From: a virus
IMG/VR virus record: IMGVR_UViG_3300044797_000101
Span: 32,001-96,000 of that record
Strand: one strand, 5' to 3'
DNA: 64,000 nucleotides
The first letter of the stretch is position 1; each line of letters starts with the position of its first letter. Positions 40,147 to 49,992 of this stretch are shown in pieces. The notes beneath the pieces are model-generated. The model had not been told where the DNA came from and made no database searches. It saw only the letters and a list, made by a program, of their open reading frames with translations. A program made the position numbers and the translations under genes.

Positions 40147-40301
40147 GCTCTGCTCTACCTTCCAATACACAGATAAATCCTTCTGTCCACCACCAAAGTA
40201 TAAACAACCAGACAACTGGCAGCAGAACAACTGCTAGTAGGATTATACCAGATACGAATGCTAAAGTAAAGAACAATGTTCCAATGGCTATCAAGATCTT
40301 C

Positions 40302-40628
40302 TTAAACATAATACTCAGGCTCCCTTTCACTCTTTTCTAATAACTCTAGGTATTCTAGGTTGTTCATCCTATAAACTGTACATGGACATCTACTACTGAA
40401 ATCAGCTGTAAAATCATGGCATCTTTGCGGGTAGTCTGGATTGCTTCCAATACGTGAAGTATGATACCAACGTCTATGACCACACAGACACGAAACCTTA
40501 TCTAGTAAAAGATCATGCTTACGTTTCTCATGCTTCTTGAAATCCTTATACAGCATTATACTACTGATTATAAGATACCCAATAGCAAACGCAACTGCAC
40601 CACCAAGTATATAGATATTCTTATCCAT
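40302..40628 (-). CDS. Membrane-anchored tagged zinc-finger protein
   Basis: N-terminal TM; CLCGH...CPCTVYRMNNLEYLE. Confidence 0.8.
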   Translation of the reverse strand: MDKNIYILGGAVAFAIGYLIISSIMLYKDFKKHEKRKHDLLLDKVSCLCGHRRWYHTSRIGSNPDYPQRCHDFTADFSSRCPCTVYRMNNLEYLELLEKSEREPEYYV

Positions 40629-40878
40629 GAAGTAAACTCTCTAACCACTTTAGGTTATCCTGCTTGAACATTCTACACTTACAAAACACTGCATTGCAAT
40701 CTGTAAAGATGAACTCCTTAGTGAGTGTCATGAGATTCTCTTGCATATATCTGTGATGTTTATAAGCAGAGTGTTCGCACACACAATGCTTCCTCAAGAT
40801 CTCAAAGATAAGCTCTTTTACATTAGAAGCTCTTACCAACTTCTCCCATGGAATACAATAAGTCTCAGGGGTTAGCAT
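40621..40878 (-). CDS. DNLxYLE-tagged zinc-finger protein
   Basis: CVCEH...CKCRMFKQDNLKWLE. Confidence 0.8.
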   Translation of the reverse strand: MLTPETYCIPWEKLVRASNVKELIFEILRKHCVCEHSAYKHHRYMQENLMTLTKEFIFTDCNAVFCKCRMFKQDNLKWLESLLHG

Positions 40879-41050
40879 GGGCTTTCTTCTCTAAATAATC
40901 CAGGTTGTCTTGCTTGTAGGCAAGGCATTGACACACAGAGATTCGCATCAGGTGTGTCATGCAATGGTCTTGATAGTCGTCACCATCGTGCTGACGCTTC
41001 AGATGACCACAGATGCAGAGATAGTTAAGGTCTTCGCGCAGTCTTCTCAT
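40865..41050 (-). CDS. DNLxYLE-tagged zinc-finger protein
   Basis: CICGH...CQCLAYKQDNLDYLE. Confidence 0.8.
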   Translation of the reverse strand: MRRLREDLNYLCICGHLKRQHDGDDYQDHCMTHLMRISVCQCLAYKQDNLDYLEKKAHANP

Positions 41051-41219
41051 CAGCTAAGTCCTCTAATAGACGTAGATTATCTTGACTATATCCAGAACAG
41101 TTGCAATGGTTTCCTTCTCTCTCAAACCTGAAATAACAATCCTGATACCAATTGCCATCAGCTGCAATGTGGTGGTAAGCGATATGTCCGCAGACACATT
41201 TGGTATATGGATTAGGCAT
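41025..41219 (-). CDS. DNLxYLE-tagged zinc-finger protein
   Basis: CVCGH...CNCSGYSQDNLRLLE. Confidence 0.8.
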   Translation of the reverse strand: MPNPYTKCVCGHIAYHHIAADGNWYQDCYFRFEREGNHCNCSGYSQDNLRLLEDLADEKTARRP

Positions 41220-42117
41220 TTGGTGGAGGAACTGGCGGGGTTGGATTCTTCCTCAAGATCTTGCTATGCCTAAAGAACCGTTCGATATGGTACTTAGCAT
41301 AGTTGTAACTATCCTTGAAGACCGATTTAGCGAGTGCACGGTTGGGATTGAATATGTCCACAGGTTGAGTAAGACCTGGAGCTAAGTAGATAAGCTTTGT
41401 CTTGCCAACCTTCTTGGGCCATATCTCCTTCTCAGTGATACTCATACTGCGACGTACGATCTCTAGGATAGGAAAGATATCATCCTCTAGATAACTATTA
41501 TCATCCGTTGTCTGCTCGTAGCTTAGGTTGGACACGATAATATAATCTAGATCAGGATGAACGTTAAGCAATGCTTTAGGGAGCTCATCCTTAAGCATTG
41601 CGCCATCGATATAGTATTGCCCATCAATTAGCTTAGGCATGAACATTACAGGGATTGCCGCTGAAGCTCTGCACTTCTCTGAAATCTTACCTGTATTGAA
41701 TAGACGAAGCTTATAGGTTTTGAGGTCGGTTGCTGATACATAGAAGGGAATCTCTGTCTTACTGAAATCGTCCTTATCCGCAAGACGATCAGCGACATAC
41801 TGCTCAAGCTTCTCACCCTTAATAAACCCCTTGAAATTCTTAGCCTTATTTACAATGAACTCTTTTAAGATATCGAAGCGTGAAACCTTATCGAGGAATT
41901 GGTCCGCTGTTAATGTGAGCATGTGGTGAAGCATAACCTGATCGTTAAGTCCTGCTGCCATGAATGAACCAATGATTGAACCCGCTGAAGCTCCTAAGAT
42001 AACCTTCGGCTTGATACCTAAATCCCTAATAGCCTTAACAACACCCGTGTGCGCGTAAATCCCCTTAAGACTTCCACCAATTAAGATCAATCCAATCTTT
42101 GGCTGGTTCTCTTCCAT
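41212..42117 (-). CDS. Patatin-like phospholipase
   Basis: GGSLKG, GASAG, ASAAIP, IDGA. Confidence 0.9.
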   Translation of the reverse strand: MEENQPKIGLILIGGSLKGIYAHTGVVKAIRDLGIKPKVILGASAGSIIGSFMAAGLNDQVMLHHMLTLTADQFLDKVSRFDILKEFIVNKAKNFKGFIKGEKLEQYVADRLADKDDFSKTEIPFYVSATDLKTYKLRLFNTGKISEKCRASAAIPVMFMPKLIDGQYYIDGAMLKDELPKALLNVHPDLDYIIVSNLSYEQTTDDNSYLEDDIFPILEIVRRSMSITEKEIWPKKVGKTKLIYLAPGLTQPVDIFNPNRALAKSVFKDSYNYAKYHIERFFRHSKILRKNPTPPVPPPNA

Positions 42118-42132
42118 ATTTATTTCCCTTTA

Positions 42133-42141
42133 ATTATAACA
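42133..42141 (-). promoter_or_regulatory. Extended -10 promoter upstream of patatin and the main tagged array
   Basis: TGtTATAAT in intergenic gap; no clear -35. Confidence 0.5.
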
Positions 42142-42600
42142 TGTAAAAAAACTATTTTTTATCTAAAGAATCCAAGACGATCCAAATGACTGTAAGTTAA
42201 GATCGCAGCTGTTACCCCTGAAACTGCAGATAGAGCGAAATAGAAGATCTCTAATGCTGTCTGGTTGTGATCAATGGCAGCTTGCCATCGCACTGCAGCA
42301 TACCAAGACAATAAGCCACAAGCTACTGGAACAACGATAGCCAAGTGAAGCTTCGCCCAACTCGTAACCTCTTTAGTATCTATTACCATAATATCTCCTA
42401 TCCTTCTGTATTAAACGGCCGACGCCAAGATGATAGCGCATCTTCTGCGATAATTCCCATTGCTTTGTTTATTACACTTCTTACCCACCAAAATTTAGCC
42501 TTCCCCTGCGCTTTCCTATTTATAGACTTCCACGGTTTAACTACTTCATAAATTATATCATGATTCTCATAGCATTGACCAACCTTAATTTTAGGTTTCT

Positions 42601-42897
42601 TCATCGTGATAGACGCTCCAAGTATTTAAGATTATCTCGTTTAAATCCTTTACACATACAGTCATCTAGTACACATTCGACTCTATTCTGAATGTTCCAC
42701 ATAGCTGTCATTAACGCTTGACTGCGACTAAAAAAAGATCCATCATAAAATGTATAACCAATGACTCGTTTAGAAGCATTCCGCACTATCTTACAATTGT
42801 TAGCTCTTACCCTAATAACACGAGCTAATAACTCATTGGGAGTCTCATACATTGCATGGTATTTATTTAAATGCCCACAAATACACGGTATATTCAT
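42601..42897 (-). CDS. DNLxYLE-tagged zinc-finger protein
   Basis: CICGH...CMCKGFKRDNLKYLE. Confidence 0.8.
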   Translation of the reverse strand: MNIPCICGHLNKYHAMYETPNELLARVIRVRANNCKIVRNASKRVIGYTFYDGSFFSRSQALMTAMWNIQNRVECVLDDCMCKGFKRDNLKYLERLSR

Positions 42898-43064
42898 GCT
42901 CGTTCCTTTACTTTACTCTTATACTCTAAATATAACAGATTATCCTCTGGAATGAAGAGGTAACATCCACACGCTAGATTATGCATCCAACATGTATCCA
43001 TGATCTTCAAGGATAACATCAGATGATGGTGCTTACAATTCCGACATTTATTAATCTCACTCAT
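42894..43064 (-). CDS. DNLxYLE-tagged zinc-finger protein
   Basis: CRNCKH...CGCYLFIPEDNLLYLE. Confidence 0.8.
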   Translation of the reverse strand: MSEINKCRNCKHHHLMLSLKIMDTCWMHNLACGCYLFIPEDNLLYLEYKSKVKERA

Positions 43065-43357
43065 ATAATCTCTATCCAAATCTCCAAGTGCATTCTGTAA
43101 GTCATATCGATCTGTTAGGCTCTATCTAATTCTACCATGTTAGGAGTGATATAACAAGTAATTAACAATCCCTAATAGTAGGTAAGTATCATGATAGCCT
43201 GGCATACGCTTATCTACTAGTCTAGCACGTAGCTGCACCAATCCTAGATAAGTATCATCCACAGCTGTCCAGCTTCTCTACAAATTCTCGGCCACAACAC
43301 TCACAGACGAAGACATCCTCTCTATCTATCGTATGAGAGTAGGTGATCTTCTCGTGC

Positions 43358-43591
43358 TTAGTCTTGGTGATGCACACGTGCTTTGTCCTCTAAGAATCTT
43401 AGGTTGTCTTGTCTATAATTGGTACAGATGTTTCCATACACGGTAAGCATATTAAACATTGCTGCTTGAAGGCGAGCCTTCTCATTATAAATCCCATCCA
43501 TTGCTTCATCTACGGATTGTCCTACAAACTTATCTAGCATAGCAATGTAGTGATCATCCTTAGGAATCCCACAGAGGCAATACTCAGTCAT
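43358..43591 (-). CDS. DNLxYLE-tagged zinc-finger protein
   Basis: CLCG...YRQDNLRFLE. Confidence 0.8.
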   Translation of the reverse strand: MTEYCLCGIPKDDHYIAMLDKFVGQSVDEAMDGIYNEKARLQAAMFNMLTVYGNICTNYRQDNLRFLEDKARVHHQD

Positions 43592-43763
43592 TTATAATCT
43601 CTTCTAAATACCTTAAGGTATCTGGCACGTATTCAAAACATAAGCAAGAGCCATCAGTTGAATAGGTAGCTATGCAACCATTGGGATGTGCTTCACGATG
43701 AAGATCCCAAAAGCCAGTATGCAACTGTTTAAGATGACCACACCTGCATTTGAATTCACTCAC
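43584..43763 (-). CDS. Tagged zinc-finger protein (59 aa, below track cutoff)
   Basis: Manual: VSEFKCRCGH...CLCFEYVPDTLRYLEE. Confidence 0.8.
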   Translation of the reverse strand: MSEFKCRCGHLKQLHTGFWDLHREAHPNGCIATYSTDGSCLCFEYVPDTLRYLEEIIND

Positions 43764-43944
43764 GGCTTAGGTTCTCTAAATACCTGAGGTTGTCGTTCTT
43801 AAATGGATGCATCCAAGACACAACCGTACTGTTATGCTCTTGAAAGCAAATCCTACAATAGATGAATGTATTATGGAGCTCTTCTCCAAGGACATGCTCA
43901 TAGTTGTCATGCCCGCATTCGCAAGTCCTGATCTTAAGAGCCAC
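43756..43944 (-). CDS. DNLxYLE-tagged zinc-finger protein
   Basis: CECGH...HPFKNDNLRYLE; GTG start inferred. Confidence 0.75.
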   Translation of the reverse strand: MALKIRTCECGHDNYEHVLGEELHNTFIYCRICFQEHNSTVVSWMHPFKNDNLRYLENLSRE

Positions 43945-44081
43945 GAGATATTCGCCTATGCACCTTGATATACCTACGAGCTGCTTCACGTGTAAAGAAC
44001 TCCCCTAATTGTCCACCCTTTGGACCACGTACGATCCACACCGTAAACTGTCCATTACGAATTGGTCCGCAAATGCTTGGC

Positions 44082-44696
44082 TTAGTGATCTTCCTGTTTG
44101 ACATGTTTATATACCTCTCCCAGTAAAACCTTAGATTCTTTTAGTGAAATTGTACCCTGCTTTATCCAACCGTACACCAGCTTAAATGGGTCTTCCGCTG
44201 TCTTTAATTGCTGCTTCTTCTCTGTTAGCTCTTGCTTCGCCACATACTTATCTTCTACTAGATCGAGGTTGGTCTTCTCTTTGTAGGCATCCTTCGAAAC
44301 CTTAATCGCAAGCTTCAAAGCTTCTTTGTATTGGTTGCCTGGGAAGATCTCATACTCTACATCCCATTTGCCTGGTTTACGTCCTGGTCCAACAAGCTCA
44401 CGGCCAAAGGCATCAGACAAAGGGATAAGCTCACCAACCTCGAATACGTAGTCCTTGAAGTGTACGATCCCTTCAGCGTTCTCAAAGAAATTATAGAACT
44501 GTCCTGTTTTGGTATCCATGACATCAACGACGTCTTTAAAATCAATCGTGGCGTCATACTTCCCAAACTCTTCATTACCCTCGGAATTCGTTATCCTAGT
44601 GATGACACACCACTTAAACTTACCTACTGCTACATCGCAGGTGTAGCAACGATACTCAGAAGATACGGCAGGATCACCACAACGTTTACAGGCCAT
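44082..44696 (-). CDS. Hypothetical protein with N-terminal C4 zinc finger
   Basis: CKRCG...CYTC. Confidence 0.7.
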   Translation of the reverse strand: MACKRCGDPAVSSEYRCYTCDVAVGKFKWCVITRITNSEGNEEFGKYDATIDFKDVVDVMDTKTGQFYNFFENAEGIVHFKDYVFEVGELIPLSDAFGRELVGPGRKPGKWDVEYEIFPGNQYKEALKLAIKVSKDAYKEKTNLDLVEDKYVAKQELTEKKQQLKTAEDPFKLVYGWIKQGTISLKESKVLLGEVYKHVKQEDH

Positions 44697-46384
44697 CCTG
44701 ATCCCCTTCGAGATTCTTCTTGTTCTCCTCTTCTAATAGCTCAATAGCAACCTCTCCAACAATCTCTAATGATCTGGAAAGCTCACCCATGATCATATAA
44801 AGTCCAGGCCAACCCTCGTGAGCGAAGGCAGCCTTGACGCTACGACGGAGCATGATCTCGTCTTCTAGTTTGATGAATTTATATGGATCAGACATTGTTC
44901 ACTCTATTCTATCAGATTTGGAGCGAAAGCTTAAGGCTTATTTCTTATTGCGGCGACGACCTGAAATCATCTCGTCAATCCGTCGAGAATTCTCTTCCCG
45001 CCAGCGTTTAGAGTCTTCCTCAGACTTAACCAAATACTCTCGGAAATCCTCACTATTGCGACCATCAGTGACGCCCTTCTTAACTGCATCCTTCAAGAGG
45101 AATTCCAAGCTACTCGCAGCTCGATAAGGATACTCAACGTAGTTGCTATCGGAGTCTTGTTTGTTATAGAATCCGCCAAGGCGTTCAGCAAGCACTGTAA
45201 AGATCTGATCTGATTTACCACCTGCTCCAAGACTCAGCAATGTTCCTTTGAATCCACCCACTTCATATCCAGTAAACACGCTCATTGAACGCTGATCATC
45301 TAATGCCGTGAAGTGAAGCATCACATAATCCTCTTGACTCGTAGCATCATATTTAACCTTGATACCAAAGAGGCTTTCCAATGCGTCCTTCACATCTCTT
45401 ACCTGCCAACGATCACTGATGAAAAGCTTTCGATCAAGTCCCATGTTATTTGTCCTCCGGATAAGGTAGCCAACCAACAGATTGAGTGTTATTCCAGTGA
45501 ATCTTCTGAGTGCTTGGAACTACAGACCAAGCAATTTCTTGAATAGCTTCACGTAAAGCATTGTTCGGATAGATCACTGCATTGCCACGATCATAGATCC
45601 CACTGTCGATGAACTCATCATGAATCCGACAGTGAACCTGAAATGCGGTTCTATCTTCACCGGTGATATGGAGATACACAAGACTATGATTATAGAGATT
45701 ATTAAATCTATAAACAATCATCGCTGTATTAGCCTGACGATCTAGATGTTCTTTAATCCGAGCATCTCGTACAGCAGGATCTATTGTCACGATCTTTGAT
45801 TTTTTAGCCATGTTATTCTCCTTTAAAGTGATAGACAATCTCATCATATTTCTCTGAACCAACGCGAAGCTCTAAGCGGCGAAGATCATCAGCATATCGA
45901 ACAGCAAGCATCTTATGAACCTTTGGGATGCTATGCGTCTTCGTGAACTTAACGATATGCGGAACAATATCAAAGTTATAGTCAACAAGATCACTCAATA
46001 CTTTACCAGGCATAACAACAACCAACATACATGCACTGATATGATCTGCACTGAAGAGAAACTTATGCAAACGTTTTAACAAGATCTTCTTTTTGCGATG
46101 CTGTGGTTTATGTGTCAACGCGATCAAGTCAAACAATTCTACATCTAACTTCGCAGCATATTCATTGAGAGTGCTCATTAGATTTTCTCCTTTTTATCGC
46201 TAAATACTCCACAGTTTTTACATTCATAATAATTTCTATTATATTTACCTTGAGGAGGAATTGCTTGACCTTTTTCATTACAAATTGGACAGATAGCATT
46301 AATGGTACCATAGGATGCTAAGAGTTTCGCCATTCCCTTGTAATACGACTGCTTCGATTGATCCAGTTTGTTTTCCATATTCTA

Positions 46385-46413
46385 ATTATACCATGAGAAG
46401 ATAGGAATGTAAA
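46385..46413 (-). promoter_or_regulatory. Sigma70-type promoter, leaderless
   Basis: TTTACA-17-TATAAT; ATG 6 nt after -10. Confidence 0.8.
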
Positions 46414-46482
46414 CCCCCGCCCCCTAAAATGTTACAAGTATTAAAGGGAGAAGGGGTATTAAAAACAGCTTGATTTATATGC

Positions 46483-47685
46483 CTATTTATCTACTATCTG
46501 GATTAGATCAGCCTCGTATGCCGTAACACTCTGTAAACTGTAATAGAATCGCTCTACGACATCATCTGGGACTCTCTTTTCTCTTGCCCTATTCCGTTCA
46601 TGCAATGTGGTAAGGGGAATGTCAAAATAGATAGCAGAGCAGAGTGCCCCGTTTCGTCTACCGATCTCCCAAAGCATCTTCCTAAGCTTTCGGGTGGCAT
46701 TTGTCCCATCTACGATGACGTTCTCTCGGTTCTCCATCGCTTCAGTAAGCGTTCGTTGTTGCCAAGCAAATACTTCAGAGTTTCTAGATTGATCATTAAT
46801 ATCTCCAGTAAGCTCTTTGCGGCGATCATCCATGCTGATGACCCGAATTCCTGGATACTGGGCGACAAGCTTCTCTCTTATCGTAGACTTGCCTGATCCT
46901 GGCGCGCCGATGAGGAGCATAAGCTGAAAGTTCTGCTTTCCTGGTTGGACCATAAGCTCTTGAGCTGCTTCATAGGTATTGTAATCTTCTGGTGCTCCAT
47001 TCATCAGGATATTCCAGCGAGCAAGAGAATAGGAAGCATCATCTAAGCTTGTAGCAAGAGGCACACGATAAGGACGATCCCATACCCCAATGTCCTCACA
47101 ATTCTGCTTAAACAATTCAAGCAAGAACATGCTCGAAGCCATATCATTACATGTACGACCAAGCGTATCGGCTTGAGATAGAACGTATAGATGCTTTACG
47201 TTCAGTGAGAGCGAGAGCATCTTAAGCTTCGTCACTGAACAGGTTTCATCCTTCATCCAAATTCGTGGTTGCATGTGCCATTCGATTAAGCGACAAACAA
47301 CCTCGCGTTGCTTGTAGCTAAACTCTGGGAAGTATTTACGCATAAATTCATTAGCAAGTGGAACACCTGCTTCATCGTGTCCATATGCTGTGATCTTATT
47401 CTTCTTAGCATTGAAGACACTCGTCTTCGGCTTCCCGATATCATGGAGAAGCGTAGCAAGATAGATCAAAGGCTTATACTGCGCAGCGATGTTCTCAGCT
47501 TCCATGAGTTGCAGCACGATGCGTCCTGCCATATTTACATGGATAAGAACGTTCCCCTCAGCATGATGTGTTGCTGTTTGATTGCAAGCCTCAAGACTAT
47601 TCAATTCAGGAATCACATCTCTGAACTGGAATAGATCTAAAGACTTTACATTAATAACAGCATCATGGAATTCTTGAACACTCAT
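46483..47685 (-). CDS. HD-domain plus P-loop kinase fusion (polynucleotide kinase/phosphatase-like)
   Basis: HHAEGNV, LLHDIGK, GHD; GAPGSGKST, IVDGTN, RNRAR. Confidence 0.88.
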   Translation of the reverse strand: MSVQEFHDAVINVKSLDLFQFRDVIPELNSLEACNQTATHHAEGNVLIHVNMAGRIVLQLMEAENIAAQYKPLIYLATLLHDIGKPKTSVFNAKKNKITAYGHDEAGVPLANEFMRKYFPEFSYKQREVVCRLIEWHMQPRIWMKDETCSVTKLKMLSLSLNVKHLYVLSQADTLGRTCNDMASSMFLLELFKQNCEDIGVWDRPYRVPLATSLDDASYSLARWNILMNGAPEDYNTYEAAQELMVQPGKQNFQLMLLIGAPGSGKSTIREKLVAQYPGIRVISMDDRRKELTGDINDQSRNSEVFAWQQRTLTEAMENRENVIVDGTNATRKLRKMLWEIGRRNGALCSAIYFDIPLTTLHERNRAREKRVPDDVVERFYYSLQSVTAYEADLIQIVDK

Positions 47686-48288
47686 TTTGATATCTCGCTG
47701 ATCTCTTTTAATAGTTTCTCAATCTTCTTACCGATCTTCTCATACTCAAGCCTAAACGGTATCATGCTCTTATGATGCTGCATAAAATGATACACATGAG
47801 TTAAACCATATCCTATTCCCACAATAGCAGGAACATAAAAAGATTTGAGCCATACAGTAGCTGGATGAAGCTGATGAAATCCTAACATCATCACTGAGAA
47901 ACATAATCCACCAATCACACAAACACATATGTTTACTGCTTCTGCTCGTTGTTGACCATGATACTCATCAAATACTGTATCTATCAAATCAGGTGCGACA
48001 AGCGTCTGGAGGTACTTAAGTTCAGATAGCTTTGATGCTAATAAGAATTCCTTACGTTCTTTCGAACCTTCAGGATAACTGATGTACAACTTCCTCTTAA
48101 TTCGGAGTATATCTACCCGAACTTGGTCAGGATTAAATGGCATAATTTACCTCTAGTTTTAGCTTCTAAGTTCTAACGCAATAAGTGCACCAAGTCCAAG
48201 GACGGCCAATCCAACTAGGACATAAGATGCGACCGTGCACAACTGAAGAGCAGCATTCAATTCGTTCATGATAGTTTCTCCTTATCTA

Positions 48289-48317
48289 GTTATACCAGAT
48301 AACAACTGCTTTGTCAA
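48289..48317 (-). promoter_or_regulatory. Sigma70-type promoter
   Basis: TTGACA-17-TATAAC followed by AAGGAG. Confidence 0.8.
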
Positions 48318-48321
48318 CCCT

Positions 48322-48843
48322 CTATTTTTTGGTTGATTTTACAGTACGATTCTTAACAGCTGCAGCAAAGTACTCATGATGCTCAGCGTATTCTTTAGCA
48401 TACTTCTGGTTGATGAATCGTACCGCTGATTTAAGATCAGGGAACATATGATCTTGAGGAATCAGGATATTAACCCATCCCATAAAGTTACCCTTAATAC
48501 GTTCTGGTGCGATCATCACTACAGGAATACCGATGTTCTGAGCGTAACGCCACTCAAGTAAGGTTCCTTCAGATACCACATCGCCTGTAAGTACAAGCAT
48601 AACGTCGCAACGGCGAATCAGCCAAAGATCATGCCATACCATAATCTCCATGATCTTACGTTTAAATGTAGAGGAAATCTTGGCATTCTTCTTATTAGGC
48701 CAAAGCTTTTCCTCTGCAGCTGCAGGATCTACAGCTCTCATCTTAAACTTAGCTAACTCTTCCGTTGCACGTCTGCGTTCAGATTTTACGTCTTCTACAT
48801 AGCGGTTCGACATCTTTCCGCTTAAGTATACTCTGCAAGACAT
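48322..48843 (-). CDS. Nucleoside deoxyribosyltransferase/hydrolase-like protein
   Basis: VYLSGKM, DLWLIRRCDVMLV, SEGTLLE. Confidence 0.75.
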   Translation of the reverse strand: MSCRVYLSGKMSNRYVEDVKSERRRATEELAKFKMRAVDPAAAEEKLWPNKKNAKISSTFKRKIMEIMVWHDLWLIRRCDVMLVLTGDVVSEGTLLEWRYAQNIGIPVVMIAPERIKGNFMGWVNILIPQDHMFPDLKSAVRFINQKYAKEYAEHHEYFAAAVKNRTVKSTKK

Positions 48844-48871
48844 CCTATGAGTCTCCTTAACTACCTCCTAA

Positions 48872-49213
48872 CTACTTCGCGACTGGTGGAGGTGTTGCAG
48901 TAGATGTTGGTGCAGCTTCAGTTGGAGTAGGCGCATCTGCTACATCGCCTGCAGGAACTTGAGCTGGAGCAGCTACTGGTTTGTTTACTACTGGTGTAAC
49001 TGGAGCAGCTGCATCAACCAATGGTGGAACTGGTGCACCGAGTGGAGCAGGATTTACACCCGCTGGTGTTGGCAAAGGTGTTTTCAAATCCGTTGGCGTC
49101 GCACCTGGAACTGTAGGTTTGGGAGCCAAAGGATTATCTTTCACCAAATCGCGTACCCAATTTGAGGGACCGAGAGGCTTTTCGTCACGTTGTGGCAATG
49201 GATTTTCAGGCAT
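48872..49213 (-). CDS. Pro/Ala/Thr-rich low-complexity protein
   Basis: Composition; AAGGAG upstream. Confidence 0.7.
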   Translation of the reverse strand: MPENPLPQRDEKPLGPSNWVRDLVKDNPLAPKPTVPGATPTDLKTPLPTPAGVNPAPLGAPVPPLVDAAAPVTPVVNKPVAAPAQVPAGDVADAPTPTEAAPTSTATPPPVAK

Positions 49214-49992
49214 TTTGAGTCTCCTTTATTTAATTACTTTACTTTTATAGTTACCATCGATGAATCGGCCTTGTACATCATACGTCGACCAATACCCACC
49301 GATTGCTTTCGATTCTGTACTACCTTGAAGCCACAACTGATCGTAATCTGTACCTGTAAAGATTCGTTCTATCTTACCGTCTTCAGACTGTAAGCAAAGA
49401 ACGTATAGCTTATTTTTTGTCTTCGGTATCGTCTGTATCTCGTTCTCGGGTGTTTTCATTTTGTTCCTCTCGCGCTCTATTGTGTTCAGCAACATACCAA
49501 TTAAGCATCCCGCACAAGAAATTTATAACCATGAACCAGAAATCATGAGCTGCAGCGCAAACAACCGCAGCAAATAGTGAAAAGAAACAGCAGAAATAAC
49601 TAACTTTAGATGGGATTGGTTTCATCGGTGATAAGCTCCTTCGGTAACATGCTTTATTTCATGATGCAGTACAAGCGGATCATACACGCACCAAATCGTA
49701 TTTGTCCCAACATTATAGAATCCCTCAACAGGAGTTGTATCATTAAACTCCTTTTGATATTCTAGGTTGACTGCATACTCTGAGGCGATAAAGATCTTAA
49801 GTGTATCTCCACCTAGATGATAACTGTTATGAAGATGTTTGATCTCTAAAGGAATGATCTGATTATGATTATAATAACGATCAGAGATTGTTAACGCTTC
49901 AATACGAGGTGTATTGACTAAATGCCTGATATATGGAAGCATTAAGATCTGACCAATTAAAATACCAAGCAGCAATGATTTTCTATCCATTA

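Noticed and set aside
32972-41219. Recurring ~21-nt motif every ~200 bp read as a CRISPR array or integron attC sites
   Set aside because: Copies are degenerate at synonymous positions, always in frame within ORFs, not palindromic and irregularly spaced; no cas or integrase gene is present.
35087-41219. Programmed +1 frameshifting that fuses tagged ORFs into a polyprotein
   Set aside because: Downstream genes are mostly in the +1 frame, but this is the normal phase bias of long overlaps. Each gene has its own start codon and no conserved slippery site was seen.
32972-43944. Diversity-generating retroelement as the source of variation
   Set aside because: No reverse transcriptase and no near-identical template/variable repeat pair were seen; divergence is not adenine-specific.
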